From contig JBFHIG010000003.1 of NCBI GenBank assembly GCA_041596615.1, positions 21,880 through 85,879 on the forward strand: a stretch of DNA of 64,000 nt. The letters run 5' to 3'. Positions within the stretch are counted from its first letter, which is position 1, and each line of letters starts with the position of its first letter. The position numbers and the translations under genes are program-made. Positions 53,507-62,600 of this stretch are shown piece by piece. This stretch comes from Candidatus Moraniibacteriota bacterium. Its GTDB lineage: Bacteria > Patescibacteriota > Minisyncoccia > Moranbacterales > DUUL01. The notes under the pieces were generated by a model that worked only from the letters and a program-made list of their open reading frames with translations, did not search any database and was not told where the DNA came from.

Positions 53507-54232
53507 ATGCAACTCGAGGAACTAAGGGCTAGAGAGTTAACAATCAGAAAGGCTTGCGTGGATCAGTTAAAGGGTAAAAAGGGTGAGATTACAAAAATCG
53601 ATTTTAATCTTACAGGCACCAAAATCAATATTGGTGAGCAAGAGCTATCTACATGGGTCACATTCTTTGTTACAGCGTCATTGATGGCCTTATCGCTTTG
53701 TTTTATTGCTTTTGGTGACACCAAGGCATCTGTTTGTGCAATGGAGATTTCACCGACAGTTGAAACTCTTTGTGTGGGGTGGCAACTATTATTTATGTTG
53801 ACCTTTTCAATTATTATTTTGCCCATAACATTATTAATAGGAACAATAGAATTTTTTCAACATATAAAAGAAGAAACAAGCTCAACAAAAGACTTAAGTG
53901 AGCAATTTAAATTTCAAGAGAACTTTAATATTGTTAGCAAAGTTTTGGTTTATTCTTTGTTTATATTGGCAGTTCAAATTTTCATTCACTTTAATGCATT
54001 TCATTTTCTCCCAGACATTTTGAAACTTCCTTTTATAGTTTTTGATACAGACTTTATGTTGCCGATAGCATTGGCGCTTTTATATTATACTGTAAGCAAA
54101 AAAAGTGTTTTTTACTCAGTTAGCAGTAGGTTTTTATATATGGCAATTTTCTTGAACCTTGTTTCCGTAGTTTTCTCCAGGGGGGTAAGGTTGGTTTGGG
54201 AGGTTAGTGTGGGGAAATTCTTTCTTGTCTAG
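53507..54232 (+). CDS. Hypothetical polytopic membrane protein (241 aa), orphan
   Basis: A soluble N-terminal segment of about 45 aa followed by 5-6 hydrophobic helices. No family recognised. Confidence 0.6.
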   Translation: MQLEELRARELTIRKACVDQLKGKKGEITKIDFNLTGTKINIGEQELSTWVTFFVTASLMALSLCFIAFGDTKASVCAMEISPTVETLCVGWQLLFMLTFSIIILPITLLIGTIEFFQHIKEETSSTKDLSEQFKFQENFNIVSKVLVYSLFILAVQIFIHFNAFHFLPDILKLPFIVFDTDFMLPIALALLYYTVSKKSVFYSVSSRFLYMAIFLNLVSVVFSRGVRLVWEVSVGKFFLV

Positions 54233-54309
54233 TTTAAATTTGGTATAATTGTATTAATTGAAATATTATTTTGAGGTTTTGAAAAATATAAATAAATAAA
54301 AATATCACA

Positions 54310-55740
54310 ATGTCTATAAGAGTAGTATTGGCGGGAGGTGGAACAGGAGGGCATCTTTTTCCCTTAATCACAGTTGCAAAACACATGGAGGAGACGCTAA
54401 TGACAAGGGGCGGAGCTGAATTTTTGTATATTGGTCCAAAAGGAGTGTTGGAGAAAGAAGTAATGAGCAAGAATAATATTCCCCAAAAGACAATCATGAC
54501 TGGGAAATTGCATCGCTATATGACAATGAAATATTTTCTGGATATTTTCAGGATTCCAATCGGCGTTATTCAATCACTTTGGATTTTGTTTTGGTATACT
54601 CCGGATGTTGTTTTTGCAAAAGGGGGGTTTGCCTCGGTTCCAGTTGTAATCGCCGCAAGACTGTATGCAATTCCAGTTCTTATTCATGAGTCAGACGCGG
54701 TTCCTGGCCTAGCAAATAAATTCCTAGGCTCAATTGCTAACAGAGTTATGATAAATTTTGAACGAGCAAGAATGTATTTCCCTGCTTCAAAGACAGTGTT
54801 GACGGGAATACCAGTTAAGTCAGATGCAATCGAGGGTGACATTTCAAAAGGGCGAGAATTTTTAAAATTACATAAGGAGGTAAAACCAGTAATCTTTTTT
54901 ATTGGTGGTTCTTTGGGTGCCCAAGTTATTAATGAGCGGGTAATGTTGATTCTGCCGGAATTGCTTAAGAGATATCAAGTGGTTCATCAAACGGGGAGGA
55001 CGCATTATGATTTTATTGCCTCACAAGCTCAAAGGCAGGGATATAAAATCGGGCACAGTGATTATTATCCAATCGCATTTATTGGGGAAGAACTTAAACA
55101 CATTTTTGCGCTTGCTGATCTGGTAATATCTCGAGCGGGAGGAACCGCAATATCTGAAATTGCAGCGAATGGAAAAGCAAGTATCTTAGTGCCTATTACT
55201 AAAAGCGCCAACAACCATCAGAGAATCAATGCGTATGAGGTTTCAAAGGCTGGTGGAGCGGTGGCGATTGAAGAATCTAATTTTCAAGAGCATATTCTTC
55301 TGCACAACATTGATCAGATTCTAAATGATGAAGAGATAAAGAAGAAAATGCAGGAAAATATTAAAACGTTCTACTTTCCAAATGCTACCGAAGATATTGC
55401 AAAAGAGCTTATAGTGTTGGGTCAAAAATCAACAGCTGAAGTCGGGGATGATATGACAATTATAGCCAAGCCTGTTGAAAATATTCCAACAGAAACAGCG
55501 AAAACTGACACTGAAGTGGCCTATACACAACAAAAAGCGCGATTTGAAACAGAATTAAACCCAGAGCCAGCACAGCCTGAGGCTGAAACAGCAAAGAAAG
55601 AAGAGTCTATTGCAAAAAAAGTAGAGACTGAGGAGACAAAAGAACGTTTGGTGGGAATGGAAAGGGTAAAAGAATATCCAGTAGAATCAATGGAGCCAGT
55701 AGAAACAGTGGAAACAGCAGAGACAGAGAAAAAGATATAA
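54310..55740 (+). CDS. murG: Lipid II synthase MurG with a C-terminal acidic extension of about 110 aa
   Basis: 476 aa. GGGTGGHLFP and the GT28 C-terminal domain (RAGGTAISEI). The tail from about residue 366 is Glu/Thr/Lys-rich low complexity. Confidence 0.92.
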   Translation: MSIRVVLAGGGTGGHLFPLITVAKHMEETLMTRGGAEFLYIGPKGVLEKEVMSKNNIPQKTIMTGKLHRYMTMKYFLDIFRIPIGVIQSLWILFWYTPDVVFAKGGFASVPVVIAARLYAIPVLIHESDAVPGLANKFLGSIANRVMINFERARMYFPASKTVLTGIPVKSDAIEGDISKGREFLKLHKEVKPVIFFIGGSLGAQVINERVMLILPELLKRYQVVHQTGRTHYDFIASQAQRQGYKIGHSDYYPIAFIGEELKHIFALADLVISRAGGTAISEIAANGKASILVPITKSANNHQRINAYEVSKAGGAVAIEESNFQEHILLHNIDQILNDEEIKKKMQENIKTFYFPNATEDIAKELIVLGQKSTAEVGDDMTIIAKPVENIPTETAKTDTEVAYTQQKARFETELNPEPAQPEAETAKKEESIAKKVETEETKERLVGMERVKEYPVESMEPVETVETAETEKKI

Positions 55741-55766
55741 TCCAATTTCGTGATATTGGGTCTTTA

Positions 55767-55794
55767 TTGACAAGTTTTGTTTATCTTTTAAGAT
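55767..55794 (+). promoter_or_regulatory. Possible promoter of the small-protein cassette
   Basis: TTGACA (55767-55772), 16-nt spacer, TAAGAT (55789-55794). Confidence 0.4.
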
Positions 55795-55891
55795 AGAGAA
55801 GGTTGCAGTTCTTATACAAAGCTTTTTGTGGCGAATGTTTTTCGTATTTCATCCGATTCTATCCCCTTAATTTAATCTGGAGGTATGTGGC

Positions 55892-56062
55892 ATGCAAGGA
55901 AAGAAAACATGTTGTTCTGATGGCAAAAAAAGACGCCAAAAGTCAACTTTGCCAAAAATAAAAATCGACAAATCTTCCGAAGAGCGTCAGCTTACACCTG
56001 AAGAAAAATGGGTGCAAACAGTATATTTTGATTTTATCGAGAAAAAGGGCATTGTTTGTTAA
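55892..56062 (+). CDS. Small basic Cys-containing protein P1 (56 aa; below the ORF-track cut-off)
   Basis: CTGGAGG (55877-55883) lies 8 nt before ATG 55892. Translation: MQGKKTCCSDGKKRRQKSTLPKIKIDKSSEERQLTPEEKWVQTVYFDFIEKKGIVC. Confidence 0.45.
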   Translation: MQGKKTCCSDGKKRRQKSTLPKIKIDKSSEERQLTPEEKWVQTVYFDFIEKKGIVC

Positions 56063-56139
56063 CGGCTATGCGGTATTTATATTAAAGGAGCGCTAGAGTT
56101 TAGCATTTTGAGATTATCTATCAAGATGAGGTGCAGACA

Positions 56140-56319
56140 ATGGCAAAGAAAAGAATGGGCAAGAAGTCCAAACAAACGAAAGGGGGTAAACTTCCCATAA
56201 CTACGAATGTAGCATATCCTGGAAGACCGAGGAAATGCGACAATGTACCGAAAGAGAATGCTTGCAGAAAAACAAAAGGAAAAGGTGGCATGTACTGCAT
56301 AAACTGCACTGCTACATAA
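56140..56319 (+). CDS. Small basic Cys-containing protein P2 (59 aa)
   Basis: GAGGTG (56128-56133) lies 6 nt before ATG 56140. Sequence MAKKRMGKKSKQTKGGK...RKCDNVPKENACRKTKGKGGMYCINC. A strong terminator follows. Confidence 0.55.
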   Translation: MAKKRMGKKSKQTKGGKLPITTNVAYPGRPRKCDNVPKENACRKTKGKGGMYCINCTAT

Positions 56320-56334
56320 GGCATAAAATAAGTC

Positions 56335-56380
56335 CGAGGATCTCCTGATAACTATTTGGGAGATCCTCGTTTTTTATTTT
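56335..56380 (+). terminator. Rho-independent terminator
   Basis: CGAGGATCTCC (56335-56345) pairs with GGAGATCCTCG (56359-56369), followed by TTTTTTATTTT. Confidence 0.75.
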
Positions 56381-56385
56381 AATCA

Positions 56386-56414
56386 TTGACATTTATAGTC
56401 TTTCATTATATAAA
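56386..56414 (+). promoter_or_regulatory. sigma70-like promoter for P3-P4
   Basis: TTGACA (56386-56391), 17-nt spacer, TATAAA (56409-56414). Confidence 0.55.
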
Positions 56415-56476
56415 AAACAGGAAGAGGGAGTTCTTTATCCTGCAGTCAAACCTCTAGTCTTTGGGAGGATTTAAAG

Positions 56477-56692
56477 ATGGCCGATGCTAAGAAGAAGAAA
56501 TTAAAGCTGGTGGTTGTTAGCTGTCCCCAATGTGGAAATAAGTTGTTCTGCAAGTTGGGTGGGGTAGAAGCAGTAGTCTTTTGTTCAGAGACTTGTGGTG
56601 GAAGATGCAATGATCGTGAAAATTTTGACATAGAAAAGAATGTCATTGGCGGTCGTTGTACACAATGTCAGGCAGAAGAATTTTTTTGTTAA
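56477..56692 (+). CDS. Cys-rich zinc-ribbon protein P3 (71 aa, 9 Cys), YacG/TRASH-like spacing
   Basis: GGGAGG lies 8 nt before the ATG. SCPQCGNK, 16 residues, then FCSETC (C-x2-C, x16, C-x3-C), plus a C-terminal CTQC. Confidence 0.65.
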   Translation: MADAKKKKLKLVVVSCPQCGNKLFCKLGGVEAVVFCSETCGGRCNDRENFDIEKNVIGGRCTQCQAEEFFC

Positions 56693-56720
56693 TATTCAAC
56701 CTTAACAGGAGGGTGAAAAA

Positions 56721-56963
56721 ATGGCGATACCAGGTGGAAAGCTTTTGCTGACGGTTTACTATTGTGAAGAGTGTGGTCAGCCGGTATGTTGTCAGGAAGA
56801 GACGACGAGGAAGGAAGGAATTTGTCATTTGTCTTTTTGCAACAAAAAATGTCAAGACAGAAGACTCCACGAAGTTCTTTCCTGCAAGAACGGCATAACT
56901 TGTGTTTCCTGTCAGCTTAAAAAAAACGCAGAACCGCAACCGGAGGTTGAGTTCGCTCATTGA
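56721..56963 (+). CDS. Cys-rich zinc-ribbon protein P4 (80 aa, 10 Cys), paralogue of P3
   Basis: AGGAGGG lies 7 nt before the ATG. YCEECG, 21 residues, then FCNKKC (C-x2-C, x21, C-x3-C), plus a C-terminal CVSC at the same position (residues 61-64) as CTQC in P3. Confidence 0.65.
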   Translation: MAIPGGKLLLTVYYCEECGQPVCCQEETTRKEGICHLSFCNKKCQDRRLHEVLSCKNGITCVSCQLKKNAEPQPEVEFAH

Positions 56964-56991
56964 AAACTATGGGCACCAAGAACTTCCAAGA

Positions 56992-57032
56992 GTCCGCTAA
57001 GCATAAACATTGCTTGGCGGACCTCTTTTTTT
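56992..57032 (+). terminator. Rho-independent terminator closing the cassette
   Basis: GTCCGCTAAGCA (56992-57003) pairs with TGCTTGGCGGAC (57011-57022, one G-U pair), followed by CTCTTTTTTT. Confidence 0.75.
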
Positions 57033-57055
57033 ATAAATCAGAGTGTATTGGAAAT

Positions 57056-57089
57056 AGATACCTCTATAGATGCATCTGTAGAGGTATCT
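57056..57089. repeat. 34-nt palindrome
   Basis: AGATACCTCTATAGATGCATCTGTAGAGGTATCT is self-complementary along its whole length except for one T/G wobble position. No adjacent T-run. Confidence 0.85.
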
Positions 57090-57129
57090 AAAAAAGAATT
57101 TGGAGAGGGAAGACGAAATATGGAAGAAA

Positions 57130-57161
57130 GGTCTCCAACCCCCAATTGGGGGTTGGAGACC
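57130..57161. repeat. 32-nt perfect GC-rich palindrome
   Basis: GGTCTCCAACCCCCAATTGGGGGTTGGAGACC equals its own reverse complement. No adjacent T-run on either strand. Confidence 0.9.
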
Positions 57162-57224
57162 TAATGCATACATAAATGCAACCAAAAAAAGACTTTATAA
57201 AATAAAACTTTCTGTTGTAAACTA

Positions 57225-57252
57225 TTGACATCTACTCAATCTGATATATAAT
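57225..57252 (+). promoter_or_regulatory. Consensus sigma70 promoter of the atp operon
   Basis: TTGACA (57225-57230), 16-nt spacer, TATAAT (57247-57252). Confidence 0.65.
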
Positions 57253-57290
57253 ATCTTTGTGAAAGGAGAAAAATAGCGTTCAATCAACCT

Positions 57291-57584
57291 ATGTATATGA
57301 AGAAATCAGAGCAGAAAAAAGGAAGCAATTCAATTCTGACTGACATGGGTTTAGTTTTGTTTTTCAAGCTCAATATTTGGATTATAGCCCCGGTTCTAGG
57401 ATCAATATTGTTAGGCAAGTGGCTTGATGGAAAAATGGAAACAGGATCAAAGTTTACAATGATCCTAATTGGAGTCGCTTTTGTTTTCTCGATGATAGGA
57501 CTTATCGTCGAAAGTAAAAAGGCTGCTAAAGAAATAGACAAGATTGGAAAAGAGAACGATAAGAAAGATCGAAAAGAGAAATAG
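57291..57584 (+). CDS. AtpZ/AtpI-like small membrane protein preceding the F-ATPase genes
   Basis: 97 aa, two TM helices (GLVLFFKLNIWIIAPVLGSILLGKWLD and TMILIGVAFVFSMIGLIV). The first position in the atp operon is typical of AtpI/AtpZ. Confidence 0.55.
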   Translation: MYMKKSEQKKGSNSILTDMGLVLFFKLNIWIIAPVLGSILLGKWLDGKMETGSKFTMILIGVAFVFSMIGLIVESKKAAKEIDKIGKENDKKDRKEK

Positions 57585-57659
57585 TGTGAGTTAGAGAACA
57601 AAGCGAGTGAGAAAAAGGGGAGTGTGATACCTAATTTGGTTTGCTAGTCAAAATTTACG

Positions 57660-58499
57660 ATGAACAACGTAAGTAACTCGGAAAACACAACACAAGAAAT
57701 TCAACACGAAAATACTTTATATGCCGAACCAGTTTTTGAAGTAGCTGGTTTTTCCGTGACAAATGCTTTTCTAAATAGCACTGCGACATTGATAATTCTT
57801 GTCGTTTTTTTTATTTTCATCGGTAAGAAAATGAAACAAATCCCAAAAGGGGTACAAAATGTTTTTGAAATTGTATTAGAAGAGTCTTTGAAATTAGCTG
57901 ATTCAATTACGGGTGATCGTAAAAAATCTAGTAAATTTTTGCCCTTGGTTTTAGCCCTCTTCCTTTTCATTCTAATTAATAATTGGTTGGGGTTACTCCC
58001 AGGTGTGGGCACAATTGGTTTTATTGAAGGTCATGAGGGAAATAAAATGTTTGTTCCCTTTTTTCGTGGTGGAACTGCTGATTTGAATTTGACATTGGCG
58101 CTAGCACTTATTTCGGTTGTAGTTTCTCATATTTTAGGTGTTATTTCTGTAGGCGCTTGGACATACCTAAATAGATTCTTGAACTTTAAGGTATTGATGG
58201 AAATTCCAAAAAAATTCAAAAAGGACCCAACAGTTTTATTTGTCAATCCTATTCAGGCCATGGTTGGACTTCTGGAGATTGTTGCGGAATTTGCAAAAAT
58301 TGCATCACTTTCATTCCGATTGTTTGGTAATATTTTTGCAGGAGAGGTTTTATTGGCTTCGATGATGGCAATTGCTGCATTCTTCTTGCCTTTGCCATTT
58401 GTTTTTATGGAAATTTTTGTTGGTTTCATTCAAGCATTGGTGTTTGCAATCTTGGTTCTGGTTTTCATGTCAATGTCCACGACAAGTCACGAACACTAG
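57660..58499 (+). CDS. atpB: F-type ATP synthase subunit a
   Basis: 279 aa, polytopic, with the conserved LSFRLFGNIFAGE. Confidence 0.93.
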   Translation: MNNVSNSENTTQEIQHENTLYAEPVFEVAGFSVTNAFLNSTATLIILVVFFIFIGKKMKQIPKGVQNVFEIVLEESLKLADSITGDRKKSSKFLPLVLALFLFILINNWLGLLPGVGTIGFIEGHEGNKMFVPFFRGGTADLNLTLALALISVVVSHILGVISVGAWTYLNRFLNFKVLMEIPKKFKKDPTVLFVNPIQAMVGLLEIVAEFAKIASLSFRLFGNIFAGEVLLASMMAIAAFFLPLPFVFMEIFVGFIQALVFAILVLVFMSMSTTSHEH

Positions 58500-58642
58500 A
58501 CATGAAACTTTTAGAGGCTTGAGATAAGAAGACATTTTTTATCTGAAGTCTTTAAAAAGGACGAATTTAATTTAATAATTTTTTTAATCAAAGTCTATTT
58601 AAGAGATTTATTGTTATTTTTAACAAGAAGTCTTCTAAGTAG

Positions 58643-58903
<261 letters not shown>

Positions 58904-58985
58904 AAAGTGTTTATTTTGGACCTCTTTTGAGGTCTTATAATGAATATTTTTGTATTTGGATTATTAAACTAAAGAATCACAATTT

Positions 58986-59486
58986 ATGAACGAAATTATT
59001 GAAACATTCCACGTTGATTACAAAATGCTGATAGCTCAAATGGTTAATTTTGCTATTATATTGGGAGTTCTATATAAATTTGCTTATGGTCCCATGGTAA
59101 AACATATGGATCAGCGTAGTAAGCTCATTGAAAAAGGCCTAGATGATGCTAAAAAGGCCGGAGAAAAGTTGGCAGCAGCCGCGAAAGAGAGAGAAGACAC
59201 AATTTTACAGGCAAAAAAAGAGGCAAGACAGGTCATTGAAGATGCACAGGCACAGGCTGAAAAAAGTAAAGAAGAAATTGTTGATCGAGCAAGAATAGAG
59301 TCAGAGAAGGTTGTGGAGCAAGCAAGGGAGCAAATTAAAAACGAGAAAGAGAAAATGCTTATTGAAATCAAAAAAGAAATTGGGATTCTTGTGGTTGCAG
59401 CAACAACTAAAATTGTTGAAGAGGAGGTCAATGAGGAAAAAAGCGCAAAGCTGATTGCAAAAACAATTCAAGAAGCAGGGAATTAA
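58986..59486 (+). CDS. atpF: F-type ATP synthase subunit b
   Basis: 166 aa. An N-terminal TM (LIAQMVNFAIILGVLYKFAY) followed by a long charged helix. Confidence 0.88.
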   Translation: MNEIIETFHVDYKMLIAQMVNFAIILGVLYKFAYGPMVKHMDQRSKLIEKGLDDAKKAGEKLAAAAKEREDTILQAKKEARQVIEDAQAQAEKSKEEIVDRARIESEKVVEQAREQIKNEKEKMLIEIKKEIGILVVAATTKIVEEEVNEEKSAKLIAKTIQEAGN

Positions 59487-59504
59487 TTCAAAAGCAAGAA
59501 ATCA

Positions 59505-59912
59505 ATGAAAATTCAACCAATACAATATGCTCAATTGGCCCAATTTATTCTTGAGGAGAAGAAAGATGAGTCACAGCAGAAAAAAGAAGTTGCAAATTTA
59601 GCAAAGTTGATTGTGCAAAACAATGATCAAGCTAAGTTTGATGTCATAGTTGAGCAACTAGAGCTACTTGTAAAAAAATCCAAGGGAGTTATTAATGTAA
59701 AAATAACCAGTGCCAAGGAAATTTCCAATAAAGAGCAAGAAGCAATCGTTGAAATGGTGATGAAAAAAATGGAAGTGAAGAAGGACTTAATAGAGTTGGA
59801 AAAAAAGGTGGACTCTTCATTAATTGGAGGCATTAATATTCAAATAGATAATCAGATTATTGTAGGAAGTTTGAAGGCTAAATTGGACAAATTAGCAAGT
59901 GCATTATCATAA
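59505..59912 (+). CDS. atpH: F-type ATP synthase subunit delta (short OSCP)
   Basis: 135 aa. It lies between atpF and atpA. The C-terminal SLIGGINIQIDNQIIVGSLKAKLDKL is delta-like. Confidence 0.8.
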   Translation: MKIQPIQYAQLAQFILEEKKDESQQKKEVANLAKLIVQNNDQAKFDVIVEQLELLVKKSKGVINVKITSAKEISNKEQEAIVEMVMKKMEVKKDLIELEKKVDSSLIGGINIQIDNQIIVGSLKAKLDKLASALS

Positions 59913-59939
59913 AATAACTTATAAATATTTTAAAAAGAG

Positions 59940-61547
59940 ATGAATAAAGATCATATAATTGATGAGCTCAAAAAGCAGATTGCGGATATTGACACATCTT
60001 CTGAATTGAAAAAAGTTGGAAAGGTTTTGGAGGTAGGAGACGGTGTTGCAAAAGTTGCTGGACTTGACGACTTAATGATGTCTGAGATGGTGAAGTTTGA
60101 AACTGAAGAGGGGGATGACCTTTTTGGTGTCGCTTTGAATCTTGAGGACGGAAGTATTGGAGTTATTGTTATTGGTGAAGTTTCAAGGGTGAAAGAAGGA
60201 ACAAAAGTTTTAGCCACAGGAAAGATTCTGTCGATTCCAGTATCAGATGAATTGATTGGGAGGGTAGTGGATCCGATTGGAAAGATAATTGATGATGGTG
60301 ATCAAATTAAATCTGACAAGTATTATCCGATTGAAAAAATTGCTCCTGGTGTTATGACAAGAGCAGGGGTGAATCAACCTTTGCAAACCGGACTCAAGTC
60401 TGTCGATGCAATGATTCCTATTGGAAGAGGACAACGAGAACTAATCATCGGAGACCGACAAACTGGGAAGACCGCTATTGCAATCGACACAATTATTAAT
60501 CAAAAAGGGGAGGATGTGATTTGTATCTACGTTGCGATCGGACAAAAAAAATCTAAAATTGCTCAAATCGTAGGAAAATTGGAAGAAAATGGAGCAATGG
60601 ATCACACAATCGTGGTTATCGCTGGATCTTCTGATCCTGCAGCTTTTTCATTTATTGCTCCGTATGCTGGATGTGCGATTGGTGAATATTTTATGGATCA
60701 AGGAAAGGACGTTCTGATTGTTTTTGATGATCTTTCAAAGCATGCTTGGGCATATCGACAAATTTCGTTGCTTTTGAAACGTCCACCGGGTCGAGAGGCT
60801 TACCCTGGAGATGTTTTCTATTTGCATTCAAGGCTTTTGGAGAGAAGTGCAAAATTGAATGAAAAAAACGGGGGTGGATCAATGACGGCACTTCCTATTA
60901 TTGAAACTCAAGCAGGAGATATTTCAGCCTTTATCCCAACAAACGTGATTTCAATCACAGATGGTCAAATTTTCTTGGAATCAGATTTATTCTATCAAGG
61001 AATTAGGCCAGCGATTAACGTTGGACTTTCAGTTTCACGTGTAGGTTCTGCTGCTCAGACTAAGGCAATGAAGAAGGTTGCAGGAAAAATCAAGCTTGAG
61101 TTGGCACAATTTCGAGAACTGGAAGCTTTTACAAAATTCGGTTCAGAACTTGATGAAAGAACAAAACAAAAAATTGATCGAGGGTATCGAACAATTGAGA
61201 TTCTCAAACAAACACAATACGCTTCTTTATCAATGGCAGAGCAAGTGGTTACTATGTGGGCTTTAATTAAAGGACATATAGATGAGGTAGAGGTAGAAAG
61301 AGTGAAAGAATGGGAAAACAAGTTTAACGATTATATGAAAAAGATTGGAAAAGATGTTCTTAATGTAATTAAGGAAGAAAAGGATATCTCAGAGGAAACA
61401 GAGGAAAAATTGACCAATTTGGTTAAAGATTTCAATGCAGAATGGAAGGATACACAGTTGCTCTCGAGCGACACGTCAGGGACACAGTCAGATTCAAATG
61501 ACATCGCAGAGAAAAAGGAGCAGAAGGAAGGGTCCGAAAAGAAATAG
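59940..61547 (+). CDS. atpA: F-type ATP synthase subunit alpha
   Basis: 535 aa. Walker A GDRQTGKT, and [26 protein letters not shown]. The C-terminal tail of about 30 aa is Ser/Glu/Lys-rich. Confidence 0.96.
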   Translation: MNKDHIIDELKKQIADIDTSSELKKVGKVLEVGDGVAKVAGLDDLMMSEMVKFETEEGDDLFGVALNLEDGSIGVIVIGEVSRVKEGTKVLATGKILSIPVSDELIGRVVDPIGKIIDDGDQIKSDKYYPIEKIAPGVMTRAGVNQPLQTGLKSVDAMIPIGRGQRELIIGDRQTGKTAIAIDTIINQKGEDVICIYVAIGQKKSKIAQIVGKLEENGAMDHTIVVIAGSSDPAAFSFIAPYAGCAIGEYFMDQGKDVLIVFDDLSKHAWAYRQISLLLKRPPGREAYPGDVFYLHSRLLERSAKLNEKNGGGSMTALPIIETQAGDISAFIPTNVISITDGQIFLESDLFYQGIRPAINVGLSVSRVGSAAQTKAMKKVAGKIKLELAQFRELEAFTKFGSELDERTKQKIDRGYRTIEILKQTQYASLSMAEQVVTMWALIKGHIDEVEVERVKEWENKFNDYMKKIGKDVLNVIKEEKDISEETEEKLTNLVKDFNAEWKDTQLLSSDTSGTQSDSNDIAEKKEQKEGSEKK

Positions 61548-61623
61548 GACGTATACAAGAGCACAGTCAAGTACAGAAGATGTGCTATGTAAATAACAGC
61601 ATAATTTAATTTCCACCAATAAT

Positions 61624-62589
61624 ATGGCAGGCAATTCAAAAGAAATACAACGAAGAATAAAGTCAATTGGAAATACTCGAAAAATAACTCGGGCCATGGA
61701 AATGGTTTCTGCAGCAAAGATGAAGAAGGAGATTGAGAAGGTTTTAAAGGTTAGAGAGTATGCTCGTACTTCTTGGGGTGTCTTAACAAACCTTTCAAAG
61801 GCATTCGGGCGGTTGCAACACGGACTCTTGGAAGTAAGAGAGGTAAAAAGAGTCTTGATTGTATTAATTACTTCCAACAGAGGTCTTTGCGGAGCGTATA
61901 ATGCTCAGATAATAAAGAAAATTTCTGACCAAGTCAAAAATCCAAAGCTTTTGAAAATCAACCGAATTAAGGATGAAAAAATTCCTTCTACCGTAAAAGA
62001 TGAGGATTTGGAGTTTGACTATATCACAGTAGGAAAGAAAGGATTTACTTACTTAGCAAATCGAGATAAAAATATTATTGCAAATTTTGATGACCTGAAT
62101 TATGCTCCTACAGTTTTGAGCGTAAGGGCATTGGCTAGGATTGTGATTGATGACTATACTGCCGGGAAATATGACAAAGTCGTAGTTGCTTATACTGATT
62201 TTAAAAACACTGCCGTTCAAGAGCCTAAATTGAGACAAATATTACCAATTTCAAAAATTGACCTTGAAAAGCAAATTGAAGAAATGAACCAGGAGGATGA
62301 CGTGAAAGATTTAAAAGATATAGAGAAGATTATTGAATATAAGATTGAGCCAAAGCCAATTGAGGTTTTGCAACAACTTTTACCAAGGTTGGTAGAAGTT
62401 CAATTGTATCATGCTGTGCTAGAGTCAAATGCTTCAAAAGAGTCGGCAAGAATGTTGGCGATGAAGAATGCTTCTGACGCTGCCTCTGATATGATGGCTG
62501 AATTACAATATTCATATAATCAGATTCGTCAAACAGGAATTACGCAAGAGATTGCGGAAATTACTTCTGGGCGAGCTGCATTGGAATAG
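61624..62589 (+). CDS. atpG: F-type ATP synthase subunit gamma
   Basis: 321 aa. N-terminal IQRRIKSIGNTRKITRAMEMVSAAKM and C-terminal NQIRQTGITQEIAEITSG. Confidence 0.93.
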   Translation: MAGNSKEIQRRIKSIGNTRKITRAMEMVSAAKMKKEIEKVLKVREYARTSWGVLTNLSKAFGRLQHGLLEVREVKRVLIVLITSNRGLCGAYNAQIIKKISDQVKNPKLLKINRIKDEKIPSTVKDEDLEFDYITVGKKGFTYLANRDKNIIANFDDLNYAPTVLSVRALARIVIDDYTAGKYDKVVVAYTDFKNTAVQEPKLRQILPISKIDLEKQIEEMNQEDDVKDLKDIEKIIEYKIEPKPIEVLQQLLPRLVEVQLYHAVLESNASKESARMLAMKNASDAASDMMAELQYSYNQIRQTGITQEIAEITSGRAALE

Positions 62590-62600
62590 GAGTGTCATAA

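Noticed and set aside
57120-57164. A 14-codon ORF (MEERSPTPNWGLET) behind an SD-like GGAGAGGGA.
   Set aside because: Its sequence is dictated by the 32-nt palindrome it spans, so it is most likely coincidental. It is mentioned only under the palindrome finding.
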